A stretch of DNA of 64,000 bases, taken from Mustelus asterias. Lineage: Eukaryota. The translations under genes were made by a program, and so were the position numbers. The stretch's first letter is position 1. Each line of letters begins with the position of its first letter. The notes under the pieces are model-generated. The model saw only the letters and a list, made by a program, of their open reading frames with translations, did not search any database and was not told the DNA's origin. The stretch is taken from NCBI RefSeq assembly GCF_964213995.1, contig NC_135819.1:46438001-46502000 (forward strand), written 5' to 3'. Below, piece by piece: positions 47,726 through 62,569 of this stretch.

Positions 47726-49969
47726 ATTTCTTGATTAGATTTTGTGAAAATAACATCTGCTCTAAAAGCTACAGGATATTAGCTTACAGATTTTAATTAC
47801 CTTCTATTTGAGGAATCCCAATTCTTTTCATTATGACCAACCTTCAACAGCACATCGGAGGAAGATAACTCAGTGTAATGGAGTTCTTTCTCCAAAAAAA
47901 TTTCTTGACTAATTTGGATGTGTGATGTATATTGTGCATTTCATGGTACAAAGTGTTTGGAAGGGATTTTTTACGTGCACATGCATGTGTACACAGGTGT
48001 GTGCAAGCACAGGCCCACGAGCGCACATACCAGGACATGTCATTGAGGTAGTGTTCACCAGCAGATACATTGTCCAGGAAATCTATTGTAGACAATAACC
48101 TCTCTGTGTGTGAAAGGCTTTCTTCCTGTCTATCATGATTCAGATATTACATCGATTGCTGGTATACGCCTGGAGAGACCCCCTGCTGAGAGCAGAGAAT
48201 GACCACATGCAGGTGCTCCTGCACAGCCCTGGTGGGGCTGATGAGGTACTAAATCCCAATCAGCTGACCCGATTCAAGAAATGTACCTTATATGTCAAGA
48301 AACTTAGACCAGAAAGGGATATAAAGCCACTGCCCACAAGGGCATTGTAGCTACAGCCAGGAAGCATTATTTTAGTCAGTCATGGGAAGTCATGGGAAGA
48401 GCTAGGCTGCCCCCTCTCTCTTTGTCCTGTTTGCATGTTGCATAGAACCCTTTGCTGAGTCTATCAGAAAGCATTCAGGCACAAGAGGAGTGACGATCCA
48501 AGGCGGACACTGGTGAGGTCAGGATGGAGCTCCATTCTGATGCCTTCCCCTGCAACTGAACTGCCTACCAAAGATCATGTTCAAGGCTCATCATCTGTCT
48601 AATAAAAGTCATTGCAAGTGGATGGCGGGATATTACATTTCAGTTGAGTGAAAGTAACAGAATGGCAAATACTTGGAGGGCCAAAGGGCCTGTTCCTGTG
48701 CTGTATTAAAACAGAACAGGAAATAATAACTTGCAGACTGAGAATATAATCTCCCTGCTGTGCTTAATGCCTCCACCCAAAGTATGACCTTTCCAATCAA
48801 ATTTTACCAACTCATTCAATTGCAATATTAGAATAGCTAACTTAACTTGTATATTTAGTGTATAAAAGTCAGACCACACCTCCCATTGACAAGAACCAAG
48901 TTATCTGGTTTGTCCTGTATCTAAGTAAAATCTCAGATATATATCATACTGCGTAAGAAATCTATTGGCATTTCACAACAAACAAGGAGATTCCGCCTGG
49001 CAGTGGTTGCAATTAAGTTTAAAAAGATCAACAGCATTCAAGTATCTTCTTGTGTGGAGAAGACCAGATACCACAATGCAACCAAGACAGAGCACAAAAA
49101 ACATGTGTGCATATGTACACATACATTTTATTATGGCGAAGATGGGGTAAGAATAAAGGCACTTCACAAAAGCATTGTTAAAGCAAAAATTAACACCATG
49201 CTACATCAGACAACATTACGGGAGAAAGCCAAAGATGTCTCAAGAAGTTTTAAGGAGCACGTTAAAGTGAAAGGAGGTAAAAAAGCTGAGATGTTTAGGG
49301 AGGGACTCCTGAGTTTAAAAGCCTAAGCAGCTGAAGACAGGGTCACCAATGATAGCACAATTAAAATCAGGGGCGCTCTAGAAGCCAAAATTTAAACGAG
49401 AGCTTACACCTGAGAATTGCAAGCCTGGAGGACATTTTAGTAGCACGATGTGCCGAAAGAGCGTATTTTAAAGGCATCAGCACTTTTAAAATGTAAGCAG
49501 AATGTCCAAATTCAAATGCATGTCTTCAGCTAAACTTCAGCATACATTTTTCACCTAACACAAAATGTAAAATGTTGCAGATACTGGAAATCAGAAGTAA
49601 AAACAGAATATGTGGAATGCATCCTGATCAGCCAGCATCTGTGGAGATAACAGCAGCTAATATTTTGGGCACAAATCCTACTTCAAAGCTCATTTTTATT
49701 AGCCAAGCATTTTCTATTTTTATTTCCATTTTAACTTCCTAACTCATCCTTTCTAAAAGGTCCTCCATAGCAAATACCATTCTCTAAACAAACCGTCAGT
49801 TTTCTCCTGGCCCTCTGCGAATCTCATTGACGTTGACTGCAAGGTGCTTTGCAAGATGGTGTTTTGGGGATAATTCTCCTCGTGGTGAAGTAGCTGGCAA
49901 AACCTGGTGTCACTCCATTGACCAACCTAGATACCATTAAAGATTGAATAACTTTTTGTTGAATATAAA

Positions 49970-50170
49970 TTTGATCTGATTTATCATATGTACTCGGATA
50001 CAGTAAAAGGTATTGTTGTTTCATGCACAGTATACTGACAAAACATACTGTTCATAAAGTACATAGGAGAGTAGGGAAGGAGAGGATGCAGAAATCGTAT
50101 TGCAGTTACAGATAGGGTGTAGGATGGAGAGAAAGAGCTAGGTCCATTCAAAAGTCTGATGGTAGCAAAA
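49970..50170 (-). mobile_element. Rex1/Babar 3' fragment
   Basis: Homologous to 39345-39545. Confidence 0.75.
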
Positions 50171-51054
50171 GACATCAGCCAAGGTAACCCAAAGACAGAA
50201 GTTCATTTTAAGCTCAAGAGTCTGGGCTAGATTTGCATCAAGAAGGAAAATAACAATGGCCAATATACCTCAATTCAATTTTCACCATTTCACTGCTATC
50301 AGGAGGGCTTTTTAAAAACAAGGTCCCATAGAAATTGATTACAGCTCTGTTTGGATGCATAACAAACAGTGCACAGACCATCATGCCTCAAACAGGAGGT
50401 GCAACTTATCTCACCGAGAATCAGATTCAAGCACATTCTGGCTGGCAACAGTGGGAGGTAGAGAATGGAAGAGGGCCGGTCATGATGAGTCAGCAGCAGC
50501 CCTCAGGGGTGTTGCTAGGACAGGGTAGAACACATTTGCTCCTCCTGGTGCCACATCAAGCTTTCAAACGAAAACATAATTACCATTTTGTTCCCAGCCA
50601 CCATTCAATAGCAACAAATAGTAGGCACAACGTCATTACCAGACCCCAGGCATCTCCCACATCCTGAGCCAAGACAATTTTTTAAAACGTCAAAGTCTTA
50701 TTCTATCACTTCCATGAAGTATATTACTTTACTGTGATTTAACTGCAAAAGAACATCAGATTTGGTTTCAACATCTACATTTGGATATTATACAAGTTTT
50801 TTCTTCAGATCAGTATTTATAGATTGTATGAAAACTGCAGAAATCAAATCAAAATCATTCATCAACTTTCACTGTCATAAACAAAAATAATCTTTCCACC
50901 AAATAGCACAAAAAAGTCAATGGCATTTCCATTCCCCCCATCACTATCAACGATAGGCACAATTAATCAATTCCCGTGACCTGACATAGCAGGGATGCAT
51001 ATTCAAAAGGAAACACAGATCACCACCAGGGCAGAGCATTGTAGTTCCAATCTT

Positions 51055-51266
51055 ATTCCTGGTGGAGTCTGAATTGTTGAATAGTTTAAACAAGGAGATA
51101 CATATATTTCTAATTTTAAAAAAAGGATAAGAGGATATGGGGAACAGGTGGGGAGAGGTGGATTTGAGACCAGGGAAAGATCAGCCGTGATCTGATTGAA
51201 TGGTGGAGCAGGCTTGAAGGGCTGAATTTGCTTACTTCTGCTCCTAATTCCTATGTCCTATGTTCT
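51055..51266 (+). mobile_element. CR1 3' tail fragment
   Basis: Homologous to 38965-39160. Confidence 0.85.
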
Positions 51267-51561
51267 AATTCTTCCAACAGTTGGCTCACAGCTAGGATCC
51301 CACAGTCATGGAATTACATTAGAAACTTGGACGATTGTTATATTAATGCGTCAATATACCATGAAGGGCAAAGTCAACACTGAATGTCAATCGGCACTGA
51401 CTAAATTGTCAAGCACCTCCAAAAGCTTTGCTCTATTCTCAGGGAATCTGAATCTTTTGAAGACCTCTATTAAATTTATCTCCACCATGCACTCAGACAA
51501 CGATTCCAGATCCTAACCACTCACTGCGTAAAGATTTTCCTCACATCACATCTGGTTCTTT

Positions 51562-51865
51562 AAAGTTTATTTATTAGTGTCACAAATAGGCTTACAGTAA
51601 CACTGCAATGAAGTTATTGTGAAAGTTCCTTCGTCGCCACACTCCAGCACCTGCACAGGTGCACTGAGGGAGAATTTAGCATGGCCAGTGCACCTAACCA
51701 GCACATCTTTCGGATTGTGGGAGGAAACCAGAGCACCTGGAGGAAACCCACAGACACGGGGAGAATGTGTAGACTCCGCACAGACAGTGACCCAAGCCAG
51801 GAATCGAACCCAGGTCCCTGGCGCTGTGAGGCAGCAGTGCTAGCCACTGTGCCACCATGCTGCCC
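51562..51865 (-). mobile_element. V-SINE variant with Rex1-like tail
   Basis: Same structure as 35238-35531. Confidence 0.9.
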
Positions 51866-54189
51866 TCATTTTGCCATTCATTTTAAATCAATGTCCCTTC
51901 CACCTCCATCCATTCTGTTCAGACCCCTCATGATTTTTAACAGCTCTATCTAAACTCTGAATTTTCTCCTCAAAATTGGCTCCAGCTTCATCAATCTATC
52001 CTCATAACGGAAGTCTCAAATCCTGAAACCATGCTCGCAAATGTTTTCTTCAACCTGCCAACACAAAATAATTTTTATGAAAAGTTATGATCTTAGGTTA
52101 TGTAGTGGTGGGTGAGAGTGTGGTTTTAGATCTGGTTATGAATCAATAATGTTTTCTTTAAAGTAGTTAAAACTTGAGATTTAAAACCCATGCTTTTGAA
52201 ATAAAGCCACAAAATTCCATAGGTTTTGAACAAAAACAAAAACTCTACAAATTCAGAAGGATAAAAACAATTTTCAATATGTGTCTTATACTCTAACATT
52301 CAGAGTATGAGGTACATATGAATTGACAGATGAGCTGTGGTCAAACACACCACACTACAGAGTAACTGACAGATGCAACCAAGACAGAGTCCATGGATTT
52401 TACAAGAACCAAACCAGGTGTCAGTAAACACAAAGTCGAACAATCTCATTGAAACACTGTTGCACAAGGAATTCTAAGCTTCACCTTCAGAGATCTATCC
52501 CTGGAAGGCTCTCCAAAAGGCCCTTCCATTCAAACAGCTTAAACAATAGGCGATCTCGGGGTTTACAATATTGCCTTCCGAGATAGAATCCCACGTACAC
52601 GGAACACCAGCCTACAAGTATACTTTCAAATTGATGACCATGCTAAGCAGAACACCACTGCTCCAAAGAGGTACCTTTGCCCCAATGACCCTCCTAAAAG
52701 TCTGTTCTCCACAGCTCTTTCTTAACTGGAACTGGTTTCTGTCCCTTTTTATGATTGGGGCCCTTGGCAGCTAACAAACTACCTCAAACTGACTGTCTCA
52801 AGAGCAGTTCACTGACCCTTGGACTGATCCGATGATCTATAAATATACTCCTAGAAGCTCCCATCCTTGTTATGTGGCAGAAACCAACATAAGCACTGGA
52901 ACATCCTGTACCTTAAATGTTACAATCTTCATAGGGTACTAATTTAATACCCAGGGATACACAGATCAATGGATTTCATGACACTGTTCAATGCACTGCC
53001 TACCAGGAAATTATAAAACAATTAAATTGAAAAAACTGTAACAAAATTGTGGGCATATCTTCGCACTACATGACAATTAAAACCTAATTAAATTGCCTTT
53101 TCCATTCTATTATACAATTTAATAGTTCTTCAGCCTACAGCACTCAAGTATTTAATAGGGTGAAGTAAAGTCTTATACAAACATTTGTAATTTCTTGCTT
53201 GTGCCACATAATTCATCCATTTATTCATTACGTACTGAGTTTCATTTCTCTTCAAGCTACGAAGTAATATCTAATCTGACTTGTGTATGTTTGCTATGCA
53301 TTTCTAAGTTTTGCTAAAATCTCCGATGTCTTAAGAGGAAAAGCATTTGCATGCATTTTAGAAAGTAAGCACATTATATCAGAGCTAGTAATTCTGCATA
53401 CTCCTCTTTCCTCAGTATCAGCTTGTCTGTCTGTCTGGGCGCTATAGATAGCTGTGTGCTTCCCTACCCAACTACTTGTTCTTTGATATTTCATATTTTA
53501 TAGATGGAAAAAAAATTAGGAAATTGCAAACATTCAAAGACTTTCATCAAGAAGAAAGATCTGGGAAGTGAGTGCAGCAAGCCTAAAATGATAAATGAAT
53601 CAAAACTGATCAATGGCACGAAAGCTGGGAAAACAATCTTTCCTAACAGCTTTTCTGCTTCATGCTTTAAACCTCTGAAATTTTGGCTATATTAATAATA
53701 TTTTACTTGACTTATTGTGAAAAATTGGAAGCCTGAAGCATCACAAACTGCTGAAGATCATTTCTGATAAACATGATTGAATATTTTGAGGAACTATGAG
53801 AGTCAACAATAGTAATGTGTTTGATGTGGTATACGTACATTTTACATGGCTTCCTATCTTTCAAGTCATTGTGAGCATAAATAATCATCTTTACCCCTAG
53901 ACTTTATGTTTTAAAAACTAGAAATTCTTCTGCATTCTGGAAACATGAAGGGAGGAACCCTCCTGTCTCAAAAGTTTCAGTTACGAGATGGTGTTTATCA
54001 TTACTTTTGTTTGAAACAGAACCTGCAAAGGATTGGTGAGTTTATTTTGCAGGCCTGTTTTGTCGTCTTTTTAGACTGGCAACATTCCTTTGCATCATTT
54101 TCATCTGCATAGCCCCAGCAGTTGCCTTAGTTTTTTCTTCCCATAGCAGGATTTGCATCTGTGGAACAAAGTTTACTCCAGATTCTTAC

Positions 54190-54352
54190 CCGAATTGCAG
54201 CTTTGTTGCAGAACACTCTGGTGATTGCTAACCAAGTAGGCAAATCCAGCATGTTTTGCAGTACCTCTTCATCGAGCTCCAAGTTGGTCAGCTGACCTTC
54301 ACCTTTGAGAGTACTCAAATTAATTTTATCTGGTGACAGATTCTTGGTGAAC
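54190..54352 (-). CDS. BLTP3B: BLTP3B/UHRF1BP1L coding exon (~exon 2), chorein-N region
   Basis: Encodes (R)FTKNLSPDKINLSTLKGEGQLTNLELDEEVLQNMLDLPTWLAITRVFCNKAAIR; acceptor ttttttag|, donor |gtaag; 163 nt. Confidence 0.95.
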
Positions 54353-54829
54353 CTAAAAAACAAAGAACAAGGATACTTTGATTTCAACTTCGTGACTTCA
54401 AACTACTTTTCAGTGAATGAAGTCTCTTTGTTTAAATTTGGGTCAGATACTGTAACAGGTTCTGTCAATATGATACACACTCATGACCAAAGTTATAGAG
54501 GAATACAATTAGTGGCAAGTGAAGACCACACATTGGAGTGCATACCTCCACCATGCTGTGGTTACACAATGTTATTAAATTTCACAGCTCTTCCTTAAGC
54601 TTTATCCCTACCTGGAGGTGGGGAAAATTTTGTCAAAGTTGAATAAATAAATATTTTTATTAAAGGCTCCCATCTCACTGAGCTTCAAGTCAATCCACAT
54701 CCAACAAGCTGCTCTGAAAACCTTGCTCACATTGCTGTAGCTGTGACAGATTGCAACCAAAGCAGCTGAGACAATTTACACCATGAAACAGTAAACAACA
54801 CTAAATAAAACAACCCTTAATATTCTAAA

Positions 54830-55115
54830 GTCAATTTGCCCCATCTCCAGCTATTAATAGATTCATTAAAAAAATTCCAGGATATGGATCCGCACCTTTG
54901 CAAAAAAGAATTTGTTTTTCCTTGGTACTCCGTGTACAAAGTTTTGATGAAATCTGGTGATTTGTTTTTGAGATAACTTGTTTACAAACAGACGAACAGG
55001 TGAAAATTCGATTCGAGAATTCAAAGGGAAGCAAAAGATGCCAACGACGAAAGCACGAGTTATGCACAACAGGAACTGACTGAAAAACAATCCACACCAT
55101 TCACCTTCTTAGCAT
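54830..55115 (+). mobile_element. Possible Helentron/Helitron-derived non-autonomous fragment
   Basis: aaagttttgatgaaatctgg...tttttgagataacttgtttacaaacagac...ggtgaaaa resembles Helentron-associated repeat cores. Confidence 0.4.
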
Positions 55116-57599
55116 TGCCTGTCATACAATTTAAAATTGTACAAATAGAAAATAAAACTATATTTGTGCAATACATGTTCACAAACCTATATTTGAGACT
55201 TTATCATCAAGCTCTCACTAGTTAGTATTGGAACATATACACCAAAACAGATTATGCAACATGCCTCAAAAGAGGGAATCAAATTCACTACATAGTCTCG
55301 TGTGACTTAAACATGAGCCTGCTCTCAAATGTTCTATTCCAGAAAAGCAGGCAGAGAAGGATGGAATTAGATCTTAATCTTCATACAATTTATAAACTTT
55401 AATTTTACAAAGATGTACAATACAAACATGACCATCAAAACCCAACCATAATTTCACACACATCATTGTAGAATGCCCAGTTTTGTGCAGAAAGTATCTA
55501 CAATCTTAATGCTATTAAAACGTCTTCTCTAAATAGCTGTTGCATTGTTAGCCTTTCAGCTGAGTCAGGTTGTGATTTTATTATTTGAGAATCTACCATA
55601 TAAAGCCAAAGTTCATACTACAGCATTAAAAATTGTAAAGAGCAACATTTAAGTCAAGAATTAATCGTTACAAATTTTAAAAGTCTCAAAAATCTTAGCT
55701 TTCAAATCATTGCATTTTCCTAACTTTCGAAGTTCTAAAAAAGAATGCATTACAATGGGACACTGCAATGGATTGTCTTTTGACACAGTGAAGGTTTGGA
55801 GACCAGGAAGAGCTCATACATCAGTTTATTTGGTACAGAGAAGATACAAGTGAGAAAAGGAGCACTGATCATAGTGTTACAATTAAAATAGAAGGAAGCA
55901 AGGAAGATTACAATGCATAGAAGCTGGTAGTTCAAGAAGTCACCAACCTTCAATGTCCCCACCCCTTTAATTTTACTGGAGTTCAAATTACTTAATCTAC
56001 CCTCCCCAATATAATTTGTGTGCGTTTGAAAGCCAGAGAATAGTTCGTTATTTTGACTTGACACCAGGTTGAATACAATTAAAAAATCCTCTTTTCCTTT
56101 TAAAAATTCAAGAAAACCCGTGTGGTTGTGTCTTCATTATTAAACAATTATACCATTAAAAAAAAACCTGTTGTGGTCAAACAAAGAGGGGAAAAAGAGG
56201 GGAGCCATTCAACCGCTTCCTAACAACTGAAACATGATTTTCATTGGCCCAAAGGAAACAGAGGAAATTGGATATAATCAAGACACTGCACTGTGACAGG
56301 ACATTGTGTGTCACTAAGGGCTTGTGATCCAAGGGAAACAGAATTTATAGCCACATGAATAAGGAATGTGAGATGCTGGATTTCCAGCTGTACTATCACC
56401 CATCTTAACTGGGTTACGGTATGTAGGGTGCTGCAATTTATTCAACACGTAGTGCTACAAAAGGTTAAAAGGGTCAAGCAAAAGCAGAAATTTCCACTCC
56501 TAATCATTAACTTACAGTAGATGCTTGAAGAGAAAGGGATCTGTGTGGGCTGAGACACCACAACTAAAAAACATCATCACAGTAGAACAATAACTTACAT
56601 ATAGCCCTATTAATGTAGAGGACTGTCCCAATATGATTCAAAGAACGACGAGGAAAACATAGATATAGATTAGGAGGATAAGTTATGACTGCTAACCCCA
56701 AAGTATTACGCGTAGGCAACTAAACAAGCGCAAGAAGAGCTCACATAACAGCATGTGGCATTAAAAGGCAGCTGGTATTAATTGCAAATTAATTTTTAAT
56801 TGCATGCAGGTGGTGGGTATTAATTGGTGACTCATTTAAATACATATAAATAGACACACACAAACTGTGGTGGTGGGGTTATGAGGTATATGCTTGTAAT
56901 GTATAACTCTTAAATAAATATGTATGTGTGTAGCATCAGTCAGCAATTACAATTAGAATCAGTCAGAATAGTTAATATAATAACAGATCACGTGCATAAA
57001 GTAAAATAAAAGAGGAGAGGATGACAATATTGAGAGATGGCATCCAAATCTATACTGTAATTTCCATTGCAAAATATGGGCCTGTACTACAATGATGATG
57101 TACAAAAGGCCAGAATTAGAGGAGCATTACAAATCTAGGGTGGAATTCCCTCCTTGACATGTTTTCCAGCGATGGAGGTGGCTCACCATTAACCACTGGT
57201 GGGATCTTCCAGTCCTGCTGATATCTACTGCATTTGCGTGGCTCGCCTATTAGAAACTGGACCACTGGATTCGTTTCATTAATACTCTAGTTTGAAGTGG
57301 TCGCATTCCTATTTTAGAGAACACGCTTTTCCCATGGGTGGTGTTTTGGAGCGACGTCAATATGCTGTACTTTTTCCTTTTCCCATTTCAATTTTAATCC
57401 TATTTTCAGTTCCAATGTGCCATTAGTCAATTGCTCAGGCAGTTTTTAGTAGAATCATTTCCTTCAATGACAGCACAGTGAGCCCCACAAGTGGTCTTGG
57501 ATCATAGAATCCCTACAGTGCAGAAGGAGGCCATTCAGCCCAACAATTTGGCACTGACTTTCTGACAGAGCATCTCACCCAGATACTGAAGCTGCCCAG

Positions 57600-58380
57600 G
57601 CTTGTGCACAGCTTGGGCTGACAAGAGACAACTGACATTAGTGCCAGACAATAATATCTCCGACAAGATAAAATCTAATCGCTTCCCCTTAAAATTCAAA
57701 GGCATGGCTTATCACTGATAACCCCATTACCAATGACCAGAAACTGAACTGGACCAGCCACGTAAGTACCATGCGACTACAACAGCAATCAAAGGTCTGA
57801 AATTCAGAAGTGAGTAACTCACCTCACGACTCCCCAAGGTCCATTTGCAACATACAAGTCAGGACTGTGGTGGAATATTCCCCACTTGCCTAGATGAATG
57901 CAGCTCCAATAACACTCAAGAAGCTTGACTCCATCTAGGGCAAAGCAGCCCACTTGATTAGCACCCCATCCACTACCTTAAACACTCACTCCCTCCATCA
58001 CCATGAGTGGCAGCAGTGTGTACCATCCACAAGATGCCCCACAGCAACTTGCTAAGCCTCTTCCAAACCAGCAACCTCTACCACCTGGATGTACAAGGGC
58101 AGCAGATGCATTGAAATAACACCACCTGCATGTTTCTCTCCAAGCCACATCCCATCCTGACTTGGAACTATTTCACCGTTTCTCCAATGTCACTGGATCA
58201 AAATCCTGAACTCCCTACCTAGCAACACAGTGGATGTACCTACACTGTGGGTGTACCTACAATACATGGACTGCAGCGGTTCATGAAAGCAACTCACTAT
58301 CACCTTCGCATAGGCAATTATGTATAGCCAAACAAATGCTGGACTTTTCAGCAATGCTCATATTCCATGAAAGAATAGAA
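57600..58380 (+). mobile_element. L2/Crack-like LINE 3' part
   Basis: QKLNWTSH...VVEYSPLA...TLKKLDSI remnants. Confidence 0.7.
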
Positions 58381-61300
58381 AAACTGAGAAGTTGTCTGGT
58401 TACTCTGATGGTTCAGACAGACATTCACATTCCATTAATTGAAAAACGAGAGGGAGAGCTCTTAGTGTCCTAATCAACTGAAACAAAACACACATTTGTC
58501 ACTGCTTAATGTTTACCCATGTTTACAAATGCCACAGTACCATAAGGCAATAAAAAATACTCAAGTAAATCTGGTCTTCAAACACATAATATTTCAACCC
58601 AACCAGTGGGTAAATTTAAAGCCAACAATTTGAAAAAGAAATTGCATGCTTTAAAGTAGTTCTGAAGACCCCAAGACGTGTCTTACAAATGCAAGACATT
58701 CTTAAGCATTAAAATGAGAGAAAACAATAACTTTGAATACATGAAGAGGCAATAATTAGCTTGAGATTCATTCACTGATGCCATAAGTACAACATACAAA
58801 TGAATCCTTGGAGCTGCCAAATGTCCTCAAGAATTTTCTATTAATCATGGAGAGTGGTGTTACTAGCAAGTTTGAATTGGAAACAGTATTTCAAAATGCC
58901 ACCCATTCACTTTACAGCAAGTGCACCCATCCGTATGTGGTTCTTTGGGCACCTTCCCTCACCCTTCAGACAACGCTGAGTTTCATCTCCATCTCGTTTG
59001 TGGGACCATGCAGAGCACCAACTGGTTGCCATGTCTGGCAAACAAAACAACAGTCACTAAAGCAATTCAGTGGCTGTGAAGTGCTTTGGGGTGTTTGGTG
59101 AGCATGCAAGATGCTATGTAAATACACATTTGTTCTTGTATTAAAAATTGTACCTTAACTTCTAGAAAACAGATGAGTCAATTTGTGCAAGATTAGAGAG
59201 TGTGTTTCAAGCTCAGGAGAAAACAGTGTTTTTTTTCAATAGGTTGAGTGGGTAGTGATGCAGCACACTGCAGGCACAATTAAAATTAAACTGAAGACAG
59301 TTTGCCTGAGTAAGTTATTGTCAGAATGGTGGCATCTTTGCTTGAAATCATATGCAAACTCTTTCCCCATTTTTCTGCTTTATTCTGTAAAGAAATGAGA
59401 TTCACTTTTCATATTTGGTCTCCAAAGGGATTTCTACAAAGAAAATTGCTTAATGTACTTTTTTTTAAAATTACATCACAAGTTCTAACAGATTGCTTGC
59501 ACAGTTCAGCAATAACTGACCCAGAAATCTGGTACCTAGGTTTTTAACTAATTTCTGCCCCAATTCCTCAATCATGTAATTGTAATTGATCTGCACACAC
59601 ATTTGCATTCAGTATCGCTTTTTTTTAAGATTGACCCAATGAGAATCAAAGGTTGTTAAACCAAACAGCATTGATAAAATTTCAACCTGACCTTTAGACG
59701 TTTTTTATTTGCAGGCAGTTTACCTACTAGAAGCTAAAGTTTATCTAAATTTGCTGTTTACAATGCGAATAAAGATACCACATTCGAAGAAACAGTTACA
59801 AACAGAATAAAATATATATTCTAGCCTTTTCACCAACTTGTCAGTGTTCACATGTGGCATAGATTTCACACAAATCCAACCTTTTAAGATGTCTTATAAA
59901 CTCAAAATTGATCAATGTAAAATGTTCCAAGTTACATTTTATGATACACCACACTATTCTTTTCAATCAAGTCCTCCTCCCACTCCAAAGCACCACTATC
60001 CAATGTGATCAGCAAGTAACAAGACACTCAACTGAAGTGATAAATCACAATGACAATAAAAAATAGCATCCTGGTAGACGAGTGAATATTGGTTAGGGAA
60101 CTGTAGCTATCATTCTGGCATTGCAACAAAAGCCATTAAAAAATGTAAGCACTAACAAAGTGCAACCACTTGCCAGTGATCACAGAAAGCTTTGAAGCTT
60201 AGATCAAACATCCTCATGACTTCATTATTGCAAAATACCACCTAAACTTTGATTGAAAAGGAATACAAACAAATCAAATAGGTTTGAAACAGCAAATAAC
60301 TGTATCCTAGATCTATGCTCTTGAAATCAGTAGCTGACATGTGCCAGAGTTGATTCAGTTGACTCATCGCCTGACTTTCTCCAACTTCCGCTGTTTGGGA
60401 AAAGACTCCATTCAGCTACTTCCTCTAAATGCCCAGCTGAAATCAAGAACCAGATGGAGATTATTATAAAGTTTGATTACTACCTCCTCTAATAGTCTAC
60501 TGGTTTAGCTAGTTCATTCGATCCTATTGATTTTTGATGATTTAAATCTCTTGTTTTTTTCAGCTTAATTCTTTGGTATTTCAACACAGTTCATGAAGTG
60601 TCTTGCCTATTTTTATTTCCTATGTGCAGTACTCTGCACTTGCCTGCATTAAAACCTTAATCTCTCTTCGTTTTGCCAACTTGCATATTTTTTCAATTGA
60701 TTGTGCAATTTCTGAGCTGGTCCCATTCAATTCCACTGTCCCTCCTATTTTAACATCTTGTGCTAATTTGAGTATCCGATTCCAGGTCACATTTCTAAAT
60801 TAGAAAGTGGTAATACTGGTCTCCGATCCTTCAGCCAGTTTCTTATTTGTTTCCAATGTTAGCTTGAATGGTCACAGTTTTGAATTAATGTGTCCTTTCT
60901 TAAACAGAATGAAAAGTCTAGGTACATCACAAAAGGTTTATTATAGTCCACTTGGGTTCTCACTTCTTGGTTAAGTAGAATTGCCAAACTCCAACCCTGT
61001 CTCAGTTCGTGTGTTGCTCATCCATATGCCTTTGTTACCTTTTGACTCTTCCAACATACCCTGAACAGTTTCCCATCTTGTACCCTTCCCATCTTCCATA
61101 ATTTTAAGCTCATTCAAAACTGATGCAATTACTCCAACTCGTACCAAGTTCATTTCGATATTATCCCTGCGCGAGCTAAGCTACGTTAGCTCCCAATTAA
61201 GCAACATCTCGATTTTAACATTCTCGTCCTGATTTCCTAGGCTCTGCCCCGCCCCCATCTCTGCAACCTCCTTTAGTCCAACACCAAGATAACAGATTCT

Positions 61301-61539
61301 TCCAATTCTGCCCATGTGAGCATCCCCGATTTTAATCGCTCCGTCACTAGTGGCTGAGCCTTCAATTGCTAAAACCCTTTGCACTGGAATTCTCTGAAAA
61401 CATCTCTGCCTCTACTTTTTTTTCTTTTAAGCATGCTTCTGACCAAGATATTGGTCATTTGCACTACTATTTCCTAATGTGGCTCAGTGCTAAATTTTGT
61501 TTCGTTAGACCCGTGAACATTGGCACATTTATTATGTAT

Positions 61540-61930
61540 GGGCACAAGGGATTCCAGTTTTGTGGATAGATTAGGGAATTTGAGGATATTCTCCTTAGAG
61601 CACCGAAACTTGACAACAGATTTGATAGCGGTATTTAAAATCATAATGGGTTTAGTGAGTAAATAAGAAAATTTTCAAAGGCTGAATGGCAAACAACAGG
61701 AGGACACAGATTTAAGATGATTGATGTGAGGATTTATTTTCCAATGTGACAAGTTGCTAGAAATTGGAATGCACCGTCTGATGTTTGGTGGATAGAAATT
61801 TAATTCCAGTCTTCAGAGGGGAATTGGGTAAATACTTGAAGAAAAATTGCAAGACATGGGGTGAGATTACCTGGATGGCTCTTTGAGAGCCAGCATGGGC
61901 TTGATGCTCTAAACTTCTATGATTCTATAA
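61540..61930 (+). mobile_element. Degraded CR1 3' fragment
   Basis: FSLE..DLIAVFKI and GHRFK remnants; ttctatgattcta tail; preceded by an L2-like remnant at ~61140-61540. Confidence 0.7.
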
Positions 61931-62569
61931 GGGGCTGGCTGAGGGGAGGGTTGTGTCGTTAAAATCTGAACTAAACATTTGTAGAGCATTTTTGTAAATG
62001 TAAACATTTCTATTCTGTACCCCTACCTTGACTTTTACAAATAGCTCCATGGATATCAACAGCCATCTGGTAAATCCACCCCCACCCCTGCCAATCACTC
62101 CCCACCTGTAATTATTTCAGTAATACTTAAATAGAGCAGAATATTTGACAGGCAGACATCTCAGCCAAGCCAGAATTTTCTTCTCAGCAAATATTCACAT
62201 GCAGAATTTATATATTGCTGCATTGTAATTGGAAGCAGAAACTGATTTACCTCCCTGTAATTCAGCGACACATCATTTCGAACAGTCCATTGCTGCCTTG
62301 CTTGACATCTTGCCATCTGCATACCTCAGTAAGACACTATGCAATGCACTTAATCAGATAGTCATGCAGGAGTTAAAAAAATGCATATTATCCTTTTTCT
62401 TGAAAAAAATAGTTAACATTTTAAGCAGGTCAGCTTGTTTTAATCTACATATTTTAGATAAAAGAATTATATTGCCCCACGATATGCATTCTGATGAAGC
62501 AATTGCTCTAATTATGGAGTACCATTATCTCATAAGCAAACAACCTCTGAAACCTTAAAATCCACTTCA

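Noticed and set aside
48150-48640. Possible solo LTR (TATA-like motif, AATAAA, ends TTACA)
   Set aside because: The 5' terminus and TSD could not be defined and there is no second copy in the window.
54190-54352. Assignment to the paralog BLTP3A (UHRF1BP1)
   Set aside because: This exon has some 3A-like residues (GQLTN, AITRV), but the downstream exons (KETSHHL, MICCNKKSLYLP, DGKDFP) match BLTP3B.
55150-57100. Repeat-poor intronic stretch as a conserved enhancer (AP-1-like TGACTCA at ~56828)
   Set aside because: Cannot be supported without conservation or chromatin data.
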